Shown here piece by piece: positions 8,172 through 15,260 of a stretch of DNA of 32,000 bases; position 1 is the stretch's first letter, and every line of letters starts with the position of its first letter. The DNA comes from Ignicoccus hospitalis KIN4/I (GTDB lineage: Archaea > Thermoproteota > Thermoprotei_A > Sulfolobales > Ignicoccaceae), in the NCBI RefSeq assembly GCF_000017945.1, contig NC_009776.1, positions 990,001 to 1,022,000 of the forward strand. The letters are read 5' to 3'. The notes under the pieces were generated by a model. The model saw only the letters and a program-made list of their open reading frames with translations, made no database searches and was not told where the DNA came from. A program made the translations under genes and the position numbers.

Positions 8172-10031
8172 TTAATCTGAGGCGCACTTGGAGGCGAGCT
8201 CCCTCAAGCCCTCCTCCAACATATCCTTAACTTTCTCCACGTTGATCTCGAAGGAGGCCGCCAGGTCCCAGAGGCCCTTCCCTTGCACCAAGAAGCCGAA
8301 GGCCGCTGCGCCCAGCTCTTCGGGAAGCTCCCAAACGCCGTTGAGGGCGCAGCAGTAGAGCGCCGAGAAGGCGCTCTCCGCCCCTATCTTCCCTTCTAAG
8401 AACTTCTCCAATAACGTCCTTTCGCACTCAATGCCCAAAGGCTCCGGGGAGGAGTGCTTGAGCATTTTGAAAGCCTTCTTAACGTCCACGTCCCGATAGA
8501 CCCCGTGGGCGGAGAGCAAGAAGGAGCGGGAGAAGGCCTTAGCGGCCAGCTCCACCGCTTCCCCTCCCTTAGCGACGGCCACGTTCTTCTCTCCCGTTAC
8601 CTTGTTGTACCTAGGGGAGAGGTATATCACCTTGTAGCCGTTCTTGAGCCAGAAGTCGAGCACCTCGTGGTTTGAGAAGATCGCCCCGGTAACCTCGGCC
8701 TCCAACGCCTTTAACAAGGAGCTCCCTATGCCCCTCCTCTGGAGCTCCGGGACCACGGCTATCCTCACCACCCGCCTCGCCGGGGTGGGGAGGAAGCGGG
8801 AGAGCAGCCTGCTCAACGCCGCGCCCTTGGCGGGGGACCAAGGGTCTTCCGGGGGCTCCTCGTCCACCGTAAAGGCCACCCCCACCGGCCCCTCGCTCCC
8901 CGGGTACTCCCACAGCTTCCCCTTGGGGTGTTCCAACACCAGCTCCAAGTCTGAGGGCTCCCAGCGGTAGTGGGCGTAGGAGAGCAAGGCCGCGTAGGGC
9001 CTAGCCCCCGCGGGCTCCGTCAGCTCCTCCCTGTCCACCTCTCTAGGCCCCCCAGAGGGCTCCGAGGGCGAGGGCTCGGCGTCCAAGTGGAAGGCCTCGT
9101 ACAGCCACCTCTCCACCGGGTCCCCCGGAGGGTACCTAACGGGCTCCTTCAGCTCCACCACAATTACGTTCTTGAGCTTGTCTAACAACGTCTTAGTGAG
9201 GGCCCTCCCGGACCCCTCGTAGCCGTGGACCGTGGTGGCCATTACGACCTTCCAAGAGCGGTTGATTATTCTCCGGACAGCAGCAACGCCGACGGCCGCG
9301 GCCTCGTCCACCAAGACGGCCCCTCCCTTGCCCCCGGCCTTGGGGGGCGGGACCCACTCCACCCTCCACCCGGGCCCTACCAAGCGCCAGCCCTCTTCGG
9401 ACTCCTCCTTCTTGAAGCGGGCCCTCCTCTCGCTCATCTGTTGCTCGAACATCTTCAAGAAGCTGTGCATCTCCGGGGAGGGGGAGGTCACCTCCACCCT
9501 CCTAACCCCGAAGTCCAAGACCAGCGCGGCCGCCACGGCGCCCAGGAGGGCGCTCTTCCCCCTCCCCCTGTCCCCCAATATCGCCATTACCCTCCCGGTG
9601 CCCACTACGAAGCCGTTCAGCTTCTTCAAGGCCGCCCTCTGTTCCCTCGTAAGCCCCTTGGGGGGCTCCCACTTGGGGCAAGGGCCCCTTTCCTCGTAGG
9701 CCTCCAAGGCCCGCTCTAGGTAAACGCCGAAGAGGCCGGTTCCCCCTCTCGAGGAGTACACCTCTTTCAGCTCCCTCTCCTTTATGACGGCTATTGTCCC
9801 GCCGGCCTTGACCGTTTCCATGACGGCCGGGAAGGCGTTGGCCGGAACTGGGCCGCGGAGGTCTATGACCGCGTGGTCCCACTCGGTACCCAAGACCTTT
9901 CTGTAGGCGTTAGGGGGGAGCCTCCTCCAAGGGTACTCCGGCCTGGACTCAGAAACGAAGAGGACCCTCCCCTTCAAGCGGGCCAAAAGGCTGTCGTTCG
10001 CGAGGACCAGCCTCCTCCAGTAACACTTCAA
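8172..10031 (-). CDS. tmcA: tRNA/RNA cytidine N4-acetyltransferase (TmcA / Nat10 family)
   Basis: 619 aa with a Walker A motif (GDRGRGKSALLG), the helicase-module motif ATTVHGYEGSGR typical of TmcA/NAT10, and a C-terminal GNAT motif (RIAVVPELQRRGIGSSLL). Confidence 0.85.
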   Translation of the reverse strand: MKCYWRRLVLANDSLLARLKGRVLFVSESRPEYPWRRLPPNAYRKVLGTEWDHAVIDLRGPVPANAFPAVMETVKAGGTIAVIKERELKEVYSSRGGTGLFGVYLERALEAYEERGPCPKWEPPKGLTREQRAALKKLNGFVVGTGRVMAILGDRGRGKSALLGAVAAALVLDFGVRRVEVTSPSPEMHSFLKMFEQQMSERRARFKKEESEEGWRLVGPGWRVEWVPPPKAGGKGGAVLVDEAAAVGVAAVRRIINRSWKVVMATTVHGYEGSGRALTKTLLDKLKNVIVVELKEPVRYPPGDPVERWLYEAFHLDAEPSPSEPSGGPREVDREELTEPAGARPYAALLSYAHYRWEPSDLELVLEHPKGKLWEYPGSEGPVGVAFTVDEEPPEDPWSPAKGAALSRLLSRFLPTPARRVVRIAVVPELQRRGIGSSLLKALEAEVTGAIFSNHEVLDFWLKNGYKVIYLSPRYNKVTGEKNVAVAKGGEAVELAAKAFSRSFLLSAHGVYRDVDVKKAFKMLKHSSPEPLGIECERTLLEKFLEGKIGAESAFSALYCCALNGVWELPEELGAAAFGFLVQGKGLWDLAASFEINVEKVKDMLEEGLRELASKCASD

Positions 10032-10069
10032 ATCAAACGGGCCCTAAAGGGCGGTCCCGGAAGGCTTTT

Positions 10070-10309
10070 CTACTCAGCGGCCGCCTCCTCCAGCTCCAGC
10101 TCTATTAGCCTGGCGTCCACCGCCTCCCTGAGCTCCGACTCGCACCAAGCGCTGCTCATCTTCTTTATCTCGTCCTTTATCTTCTCTAAGACCTCCTCTA
10201 CGCTGTCCCCTTGCACTTGGGCTCCGGAGAGGGGCTCGACGGCTATGTAGTACTCGCCGCTCTCGTCCTTCTCCTTATAAATTACTACTCCAACCTTTAC
10301 CTTCGCCAC
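10070..10309 (-). CDS. HicB-like / UPF0150-fold small protein
   Basis: 79 aa. VVIYKEKDESGEYYIAVEPLSGAQVQGDSVEEVLEKIKDEIKK resembles the HicB N-terminal pattern (E-DGGY-A-VPELPGC-TQGDT-EEAL-NIKEAI). GTG start. No HicA-like partner is visible. Confidence 0.45.
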   Translation of the reverse strand: MAKVKVGVVIYKEKDESGEYYIAVEPLSGAQVQGDSVEEVLEKIKDEIKKMSSAWCESELREAVDARLIELELEEAAAE

Positions 10310-10393
10310 GCTCTCGCCCGGCCCAAGGGCTACTCGCTCCTTAAAGGTTGAAACGTAGGGAAAGGTTCAGCGACCTCGGGAGGTGGAATTAGG

Positions 10394-10657
10394 TTGCTTA
10401 AGCACTTTCTCGTCCTAACCCTCTTGACCTCCGCCGCGTCCGCGCCCTTTCCCGACTGGGGCGACTCCGTGCTCTTGACGGTGGCCATAACTTCCCTCCT
10501 CTTGGGCGTAGCCCTCAACAGTTTTGTTTTGACAGCACTACCCTTGATCGCTTTAGCAGCTGAAGGCCTCTTGACCTACTTCGGGGCCCCCGAGGAGGTC
10601 AGGGCTTTAGCTGCCGGGGCCCTCGTGGCGGCGGAGGCGCTCTACCTCTTCCGCTAA
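10394..10657 (+). CDS. Small hydrophobic (2-3 TM) hypothetical protein
   Basis: 87 aa, TTG start, with alternating hydrophobic segments. Support is weak because Ala/Leu-rich frames arise easily in GC-rich DNA. The competing antisense ORF 10330..10518 looks worse. Confidence 0.3.
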   Translation: MLKHFLVLTLLTSAASAPFPDWGDSVLLTVAITSLLLGVALNSFVLTALPLIALAAEGLLTYFGAPEEVRALAAGALVAAEALYLFR

Positions 10658-10658
10658 A

Positions 10659-10718
10659 GCCCGATGAGGATCCGAACCACCGGGCAGAGCGGTGACGAGG
10701 GCGCTCTGTCCCGAGGGC
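10659..10718 (+). ncRNA. Candidate K-turn / box C/D-like sRNA A
   Basis: Layout: gccc-G-AUGAGGA-(14 nt)-CAGA-gcg-GUGACGA-(12 nt)-CCGA-gggc. There is a terminal 4-bp stem GCCC/GGGC. The C-like and D-like boxes keep the tandem G.A pairs and replace U.U with G-C. It starts 2 nt after the stop codon of the upstream ORF. A competing internal 10-bp hairpin (10682-10691 / 10702-10711) exists. Confidence 0.3.
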
Positions 10719-10774
10719 CGATGAGGCGTGAATGGCCGCTGGGGAAGGGTGACCGGAAACCCCGGCGCTGAGGC
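10717..10774 (+). ncRNA. Candidate K-turn / box C/D-like sRNA B (tandem to A)
   Basis: Layout: gcc-G-AUGAGGC-(14 nt)-GGGA-agg-GUGACCG-(12 nt)-CUGA-ggc. The spacing plan is identical to element A. The internal C'/D' pair (GUGACCG / GGGA) is again mutually compensating. A competing 8-bp hairpin (10737-10744 / 10760-10767) exists. Confidence 0.3.
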
Positions 10775-10778
10775 AAAA

Positions 10779-10787
10779 CTTATAAAG
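10779..10787 (+). promoter_or_regulatory. TATA box (with A-rich BRE-like flank) for tRNA-Leu
   Basis: caaaaCTTATAAAGag is centred about 33 nt upstream of the mature tRNA 5' end, which fits an archaeal TATA box plus a short 5' leader removed by RNase P. Confidence 0.5.
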
Positions 10788-10815
10788 AGAGTTTTGTTCC
10801 AGCTGCCGGAGCCTC

Positions 10816-10903
10816 GCGGGGGTGCCCGAGCCTGGCCAAAGGGGTCGGGCTCAGGACCCGATGGCGTAGGCCTGCGTGGGTTCAAATCCCACCCCCCGCA
10901 CCA
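10816..10903 (+). tRNA. tRNA-Leu (anticodon CAG), class II with long variable arm, genomically encoded CCA
   Basis: Folded by hand. Acceptor stem GCGGGGG/CCCCCGC. Anticodon stem UCGGG/CCCGA with loop CUCAGGA (anticodon CAG). Variable arm UGGCGUAGGCCUGC. T arm GUGGG-UUCAAAU-CCCAC. Discriminator A followed by CCA. Confidence 0.9.
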
Positions 10904-11011
10904 ACCCTCTCGCTCACCTCATCGCCCTAGAACGGGTATCTATTCTCACCACGCCCAGAAGGCCAGCGCACTCAAAACGCTCCGGCCCGAACGGTTACGA
11001 GGCCGGGGAGC

Positions 11012-11992
11012 GTGTACGACTACCTCGTCAAGGAGGGGAAAAGGGTCTACGCGGTCTCTCTGGAGGACGGCCGCCCAAAAGTGGTAAACGTTGAGAGCGA
11101 GGAGGCGGAGCTCGGTTACGAGTTCAGAGACGAAGGCGACTTCACGCACGTCGGAAAGGTAACGATAGTGAGGCCGGCGCTTTACGAAGTGGTAGAGACG
11201 GGCGAGAAGAAGTTCGTCGGCCGCGCCTTCTGGAAGCCCCACTTCCTCGGCCCTTACGTGTTGGTCCACGACCTCGAGTCCTCCTCGTTGTTGGCCGTGG
11301 ACGTTGAGAAGGGTAAGGTGGAGACGCTGTTAGATGAAGTAGGGAAGGCGATGTTCTTCGATACTAATACTTGCTGCGGAGTCAAGGAGCTCCGCTTCGC
11401 GGTCAACGCTCAAGGGAGGGCGAAGTTGTACTCCTTCAACGAGGACGGGGACTTGAAGGAAGTCGCCTCCGTCCCCTTCCCGCTCAACGAGGCCCGGGAC
11501 GAGGTGCTCACCGCTTGCCCGGAGCTCAACGCGTGCGTCTTACTAGGCTACGAAGGCACGTTGATAAGGGTGAAAGGCGTACTCCCCAGAATAATCTTGG
11601 GAGCTAAGGTGTTGCCCGATCAAAGGGTTATAGCGCTGGTCAAAGACGTCCACAGGGCTGCGATACCCGACACGGGTTCTTACGAAATAATTGAAATATC
11701 TAACGGTTCCAACTTGTTGAGCGTTCCTACCATAACGTTCCCGCCTTACGCGTACTACACGCTGAGCGACGCCGAACCGGAGGCTCTCTTGTTACACGAG
11801 ACGCCGGAGGCGGGCGACGACGAGTCCACCTTTAGGGTGTACTCCAAGGGCGACCTATTCGTTTACAAAGAGGACGCCCGGCCCCTCCTCTCCGTAAGCG
11901 GCCCCACCCTCCCGGACGAGGCGGTGTTGAAGGGGGGCTTGCTCTACTACTTACACAAAGGCTCCTTAGTGGAAGTGGAGGTCAGTTCCTAA
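11012..11992 (+). CDS. Hypothetical protein (beta-rich, no family recognised)
   Basis: 326 aa with protein-like composition and a GTG start. Antisense and shadow ORFs in the region are Arg/Gly/Pro-rich. No diagnostic motif seen. Confidence 0.55.
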   Translation: MYDYLVKEGKRVYAVSLEDGRPKVVNVESEEAELGYEFRDEGDFTHVGKVTIVRPALYEVVETGEKKFVGRAFWKPHFLGPYVLVHDLESSSLLAVDVEKGKVETLLDEVGKAMFFDTNTCCGVKELRFAVNAQGRAKLYSFNEDGDLKEVASVPFPLNEARDEVLTACPELNACVLLGYEGTLIRVKGVLPRIILGAKVLPDQRVIALVKDVHRAAIPDTGSYEIIEISNGSNLLSVPTITFPPYAYYTLSDAEPEALLLHETPEAGDDESTFRVYSKGDLFVYKEDARPLLSVSGPTLPDEAVLKGGLLYYLHKGSLVEVEVSS

Positions 11993-12788
11993 GCGCTTGG
12001 AGGATCCGGTCTACTCCCTCCAAGCGGTCCACCTTGGCCGCCGCCACGGCCCTCCCGTCCTCGTAAACTATTGCTAATGGGAGGTCGTTCGGGGTAACTC
12101 CCAAGACCAGCATAGTGCTTAGGGAGCGGACGTCCGTACAGTTGTTCGGGTAAGCCTCGCAGCCCAGCTCCACCACCGTAACGTTGTTCGCCTCGGCGTG
12201 TTTGAGCAAGGAGTCCAAGTACGGGCTCTGGTGGGACTTGTCGTACAAGTACAATAGGTACTTGCCCTCCTTGGGGGGCCTCCAAGCGTGCGACATCACT
12301 TGGTACCACTGGGCCAACAAGCTCGCGAGCGCCCGCGGCCCCAAGCCGGTGGGGTCGAAGGGCACCAAGAGCCCCCTGTAGCTTAGCAAGAGCAAGGGCA
12401 CTTGGGAGACTCTGTACACTTGGAAGTTGACCAAGGCTTCCTTGTCCTTACACTGGGGGAAGCCTTCGCAGGTGAACACCTTGAACTCCACGGTTATGTT
12501 GAGCTTGTTCTCGACGATTGATTGCTTTAACAGCTCGACGGCTTGGGTCACGTTGTTGGCTACCTCCGGACAGACCGGACATTCCTTGGGAGAGGCGAGG
12601 AACAACATTATAGTGTACTTGTCGGACTCGGGGGTAAACAAGTACTTCTCCAAGTCCGATTTGCTTATAGCGACCCCTCCGCCCCCGCGGCCGAGCCAAG
12701 CGGGGACCAGCATCAAGATCGCGAAGAGCGCGGAGACGAGTACGTACAACTTCCTCTTCTTATCTCGTTCCTTCTTACCTCTGGCCAA
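11982..12788 (-). CDS. Membrane-anchored protein with two thioredoxin-like units (PDO-like), one with a CPVC motif
   Basis: 268 aa with a basic N-terminus plus TM anchor (KKRKLYVLVSALFAILMLV). The first unit carries CPVC (LFLASPKECPVCPEV). The second unit (YLLYLYDKSHQSPY...GCEAYPNNC) lacks CxxC. The layout recalls archaeal protein disulfide oxidoreductases with tandem Trx folds. Confidence 0.45.
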   Translation of the reverse strand: MARGKKERDKKRKLYVLVSALFAILMLVPAWLGRGGGGVAISKSDLEKYLFTPESDKYTIMLFLASPKECPVCPEVANNVTQAVELLKQSIVENKLNITVEFKVFTCEGFPQCKDKEALVNFQVYRVSQVPLLLLSYRGLLVPFDPTGLGPRALASLLAQWYQVMSHAWRPPKEGKYLLYLYDKSHQSPYLDSLLKHAEANNVTVVELGCEAYPNNCTDVRSLSTMLVLGVTPNDLPLAIVYEDGRAVAAAKVDRLEGVDRILQALRN

Positions 12789-12831
12789 CTTTAATTCCCG
12801 AGGGGGCTGCGCAAGAGGGGTAAACTGCGGT

Positions 12832-12888
12832 TCGGGATGAGCGGAGGTAGCAAAGCTGAAAGTGATGAGCCCGCAACGAAGCGACCGA
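12832..12888 (+). ncRNA. Candidate box C/D sRNA C
   Basis: Layout: ucgg-G-AUGAGCG-(gagguagcaaag, 12 nt)-CUGA-aa-GUGAUGA-(gcccgcaacgaa, 12 nt)-GCGA-ccga. C' and D' are consensus, both spacers are exactly 12 nt, and a terminal stem UCGG/CCGA can form. The variant terminal C/D boxes are mutually compensating. An A/T box (TTTAATT, 12790-12796) lies about 35-40 nt upstream. Confidence 0.45.
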
Positions 12889-12922
12889 CCTTAATTACCT
12901 CCCTAACCCGCTAAGCAAACGG

Positions 12923-13303
12923 ATGTCCGACTTGGGCATCGATAGGGTTGCTAAGAAGTACGGCCTAGAGGTGGTGAGGGCAGAAAACGAGACCAAGCTG
13001 CTCGTGCCGACCTCCCCGTTCTTTATCGTCATAAGAGAAGGGAACCCCACGGTCGTTAGGCTGGGGGTGGACGAAGAGAGGCTGGCGGAAGTCATAGAGG
13101 AGATGCTGGAGGAGGGGGAGACCAAGGAGTCTGTAGAGGACGCCTTGGACGAGATGATAGATGAGACCATAAGGATGGCCTACTCCGTAATAAGCGAGTT
13201 AGAGAGGGAGGGGAGGGAGGTGAAGTCCGAACTGTTGAGCTCCGTTATGGACATCAAAGATTTACTCAGCGAACAGCTGGAGTACGCGGAGGAAGTGCTT
13301 TGA
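12923..13303 (+). CDS. Hypothetical acidic protein
   Basis: 126 aa with an ATG start and a TTAATTA box about 26-32 nt upstream, which suggests a leaderless transcript. The C-terminal half is Glu-rich. Its stop overlaps the trm56 start (TTGA). No family recognised. Confidence 0.5.
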   Translation: MSDLGIDRVAKKYGLEVVRAENETKLLVPTSPFFIVIREGNPTVVRLGVDEERLAEVIEEMLEEGETKESVEDALDEMIDETIRMAYSVISELEREGREVKSELLSSVMDIKDLLSEQLEYAEEVL

Positions 13304-13956
13304 AGGTCTACGTCCTAAGGATAGGCCACCGCCCGGACAGGGACAAGAGGATAACAACCCACGTGGGCCTGGTCGCCCGCGCCTTCGGCGCCCACGGCTT
13401 CGTGCTCTCCCCGTGCGACGAGAAAGTTCTGGAGAAGCTGAGGGACGTGGAGGAGAGGTGGGGGAGGCTGTTAGAGGAGATAGCTTGTACGAACTCCCCC
13501 CTCAAGTACGTCAAGACTTGGGACGGCACGGTAGTACACCTAACCATGTACGGCCTCCCCGTGGACTCGGTAATTGACGAGATAAGGCAGAAGGACAAGA
13601 TACTGGTGATCGTGGGGGCAGAAAAGGTCCCCAGGGAGTACTACGAGCTCGCGCACTACAACGTCGCGATAGGCAACCAGCCGCACTCCGAAGTGGCCGC
13701 CCTGGCGATATTCCTAGACAGGCTTTACGGGGGCGCGGAACTTTATAGGCAGCCCGTCGGCGGCAAGCTTAGGATAATTCCGACCGAAAAGGGGAAGAAG
13801 GTGGTCAAGGTTGGCGAAGAAGGACCCTCTGGAGGAGCTCCTGGAGTTCGTGCGGAGCGTGGCCGGGGAGGACGGGGTGAGGGTGTTCAAGGAGCTGATG
13901 AGGTACGAGGACATAAGCGAGGAGCAACTGACCGAGACCTTGGGGATGAAACCTAA
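13300..13956 (+). CDS. trm56: tRNA (cytidine56-2'-O)-methyltransferase aTrm56 (SPOUT family) with a C-terminal Gly/Arg-rich extension
   Basis: The N-terminus [32 protein letters not shown] matches the conserved aTrm56 signature (LRLGHRPERDKRVTTHV). It also has GAEKVP...[23 protein letters not shown]. The reading frame has no stop until 13956, so the last ~48 codons overlap tfe. Confidence 0.85.
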   Translation: MKVYVLRIGHRPDRDKRITTHVGLVARAFGAHGFVLSPCDEKVLEKLRDVEERWGRLLEEIACTNSPLKYVKTWDGTVVHLTMYGLPVDSVIDEIRQKDKILVIVGAEKVPREYYELAHYNVAIGNQPHSEVAALAIFLDRLYGGAELYRQPVGGKLRIIPTEKGKKVVKVGEEGPSGGAPGVRAERGRGGRGEGVQGADEVRGHKRGATDRDLGDET

Positions 13957-14332
13957 CGACGTAAGGAGGGCGCTCTACAAGCTGGAGAGGTACGGGCTGG
14001 TAAGGAACTACAAGATAAGGAACGAGAACGACGGGACGTACATATACTATTGGTATGTAGACCGGGAAACCCTCAACAGGAACTTGCTTAAGATAAAGAA
14101 GAGCGTCCTAGAAAAGTTGAAGAGGAGGCTGGAGAGCGAAGAAGACCAATACTTCTACTGCCCCGCGTGCGGGCTCCAGTTCTCCTACGAAGAGGCCATG
14201 GGCTACGACTTCACTTGTCCTAGATGCGGGGAGCCCCTAGAGCTGGCCGAGAGCAACCCTAGGAAGAAACTCCTCGAGAAGATAGTCAAGCGCCTCGAGG
14301 AGGAAATAAAGCATGAGGAGAGCGTTCTTTGA
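13811..14332 (+). CDS. tfe: Transcription factor E (TFE alpha, TFIIE-alpha homolog)
   Basis: 173 aa with an N-terminal winged helix ([30 protein letters not shown]...YIYYWYV) and a zinc ribbon (YFYCPACG...FTCPRCG). TTG start. Confidence 0.85.
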   Translation: MAKKDPLEELLEFVRSVAGEDGVRVFKELMRYEDISEEQLTETLGMKPNDVRRALYKLERYGLVRNYKIRNENDGTYIYYWYVDRETLNRNLLKIKKSVLEKLKRRLESEEDQYFYCPACGLQFSYEEAMGYDFTCPRCGEPLELAESNPRKKLLEKIVKRLEEEIKHEESVL

Positions 14333-15260
14333 CCTCTTCTCCGGGGCAGGGGGCTTCGCCTTAGGCTTTGAAATGGCCGGCTTTGAAGGGGTCTTGGGGG
14401 TGGACAACGACAAGGCGCCGGCGAGGAGCTACGCCGCCAACCACCCCAAGGCCTTAACGCTAGTGGAGGACGTGTCCAAGCTGAGCAGCAAGACCATAGA
14501 GAGGTTGGTAGGGGACGTGGACGTGGTAATAGGCTCTCCCCCGTGCGAGCCCTACACCGCCGCCAACCCCAAGAGGGAGAAGGACCCCTTGGACAGGCTG
14601 TACAAGGACCCGGTCGGGAGGCTGGTGCTCCACTTCATAAGGATAGTTGGCGACTTGAAGCCCAAAGTATTTGTAATGGAAAATGTGAAAGGGCTGATAG
14701 AGGGGCCCTTGAAGGACGCCTTGAGGAGGGAGTTCGCGAGGGTTGGGTACCCGAAGGTCTACTTCAACGTACTTAGGGCGGAGGACTACTGCGTCCCCTC
14801 TCACAGGGTCAGGGTCTTCGTCTCTAACGTACCGCTCAGGCCCCCGAAGTGCAACAAGGTAATAACCGTAGAGGAGGCGTTGAGGGGCTTGCCGCCGCCG
14901 AACTTCGAGTGGCCCCCGAACCACGAGCCGCCCCACGTGCCCAAGAGGCTCGAGAGGAGGGCGGCCAAGCTCAAGTGGGGGGAGGCGCTAATACATTACA
15001 GGGGCAGCGGAGGCAAGCTCTACCCTAACATGATAAAGCTCCACCCCAAGAAGCTCGCCCCCACGGTGCTCGGCAGCTCCCGCTTCTTCCACCCTTACGA
15101 GAACAGGCTGTTGACTGTTAGAGAGCAAGCGAGGTTGATGGGCTACCCGGACAACTTCATATTCTTGGGGGGTAAGGACAGCCAGTACAACCAAGTGGGC
15201 GAGTCCGTGCCACCCCCCTTGGCTAAGGCCATAGCTGAGGAAGCGCTCAAATTCCTTTGA
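14313..15260 (+). CDS. dcm: DNA (cytosine-5)-methyltransferase, no cognate endonuclease visible
   Basis: The motifs appear in canonical order: [15 protein letters not shown]; IV GSPPCEPYT (PCE rather than PCQ); VI VMENVKGL; VIII VPSHRVRVFV; IX RLLTVREQARLMGYPDNFIF; X NQVGESVPPPLA. Confidence 0.88.
   Translation: MRRAFFDLFSGAGGFALGFEMAGFEGVLGVDNDKAPARSYAANHPKALTLVEDVSKLSSKTIERLVGDVDVVIGSPPCEPYTAANPKREKDPLDRLYKDPVGRLVLHFIRIVGDLKPKVFVMENVKGLIEGPLKDALRREFARVGYPKVYFNVLRAEDYCVPSHRVRVFVSNVPLRPPKCNKVITVEEALRGLPPPNFEWPPNHEPPHVPKRLERRAAKLKWGEALIHYRGSGGKLYPNMIKLHPKKLAPTVLGSSRFFHPYENRLLTVREQARLMGYPDNFIFLGGKDSQYNQVGESVPPPLAKAIAEEALKFL

Noticed and set aside
10330-10518. 62-aa minus-strand ORF as a potential HicA-like toxin upstream of the HicB-like gene
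   Set aside because: The sequence (MRATPKRREVMATVKSTESPQSGKG...) has no HicA-like pattern and looks like a shadow frame of the + strand hydrophobic ORF and promoter region.
10659-10718. Minus-strand reading as a tRNA, tRNA half or tRNA pseudogene. The reverse complement contains AGAGCGCC- and GGTTCGGATCC-like strings reminiscent of D and T arms.
   Set aside because: Only about 60 nt are available. The presumed T stem has no complementary 3' strand, the T-loop would have G instead of the invariant A58, the central hairpin has a 10-bp stem with a 10-nt loop rather than an anticodon arm, and only 4 acceptor pairs can form.
10904-13303. Possibility that the hypothetical genes downstream of tRNA-Leu form an integrated element
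   Set aside because: There is no integrase or recombinase. I could not find a direct repeat of the tRNA 3' half (GGGTTCAAATCCCAC...) downstream. Composition does not shift, and the following genes (trm56, tfe) are core housekeeping.
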